DNA of 64,000 nt, from assembly GCF_030684315.1 (NCBI RefSeq), contig NC_081366.1, forward strand, positions 21,085,410-21,149,409, read 5' to 3'. Both the position numbers and the translations under genes were made by a program. Of the stretch, positions 63,604-64,000 are shown one piece after another. Source of the stretch: Stegostoma tigrinum. Its lineage: Eukaryota. The notes below the pieces were generated by a model. That model saw only the letters and a program-made list of their open reading frames with translations, did no database searches and was not told the origin of the DNA. Every line of letters starts with the position of its first letter. The stretch's first letter is position 1.

Positions 63604-64000
63604 CAATAGAAGCAGAAGTAGGCCAAAAGACCCCTTTCAGCCAGCTCCACCCTTCAATCCAATCATGACTGATCATTGACTTCCATTCCACTTTTCCTGC
63701 CTTATCTCCAGTGTGGTCAGTTGTGAAATTATGGATAAACAATTCCTCATGAAAGGGAAGAAGCATTTGACTGATAACCACATTAAATCCTTTTCTGCTA
63801 ATGTCGCCCTTCACTTGCTGAATAGAAACTCTGCCTTCTATTAGCGTTTTCTATCCTCCTTATTGTGAATAAGTCGTGAAGGAAAGTGACTTAAAGTAGT
63901 TATTAGCCCTGCTGGGGTGATTAGTATTGGATTTTCTTTTACGAAGTATTACTGGTAAATTAACATCACAAGGCTAATTCCTATTCAAGAATGCTGAGGG

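Overview
Eukaryotic, repeat-rich vertebrate DNA. The repeat landscape (CR1 LINEs, Deu-domain SINEs, Penelope-like elements) points to a cartilaginous fish, probably a shark. There is no prokaryotic operon, CRISPR array, rRNA or tRNA gene. The window appears to hold the 5' end of one large + strand gene that I cannot name. It has a CpG-island promoter (~13.3-14.7 kb), a first exon ending at CAG|GTAGGT (14527) and a candidate 32-nt exon at 51329-51360. The two exons splice in frame to give MLLANAAKPKNFPAETVSKRHHQPRRM. The rest is upstream and intronic sequence filled with decayed CR1, L2, RTE and Penelope retroelements and SINEs; most long ORFs in the track are retroelement fragments or noise. 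The most interesting signal is a dense population of Penelope-derived terminal-repeat units from three to four sequence families. They carry minimal type-I hammerhead ribozyme cores (CUGANGA-N-stem II-GAAA-CG-UH), and several occur as tiny or fold-back insertions with 9-18 bp target-site duplications. All repeat boundaries were placed by eye and are approximate unless a TSD is quoted. No database search or folding computation was run.
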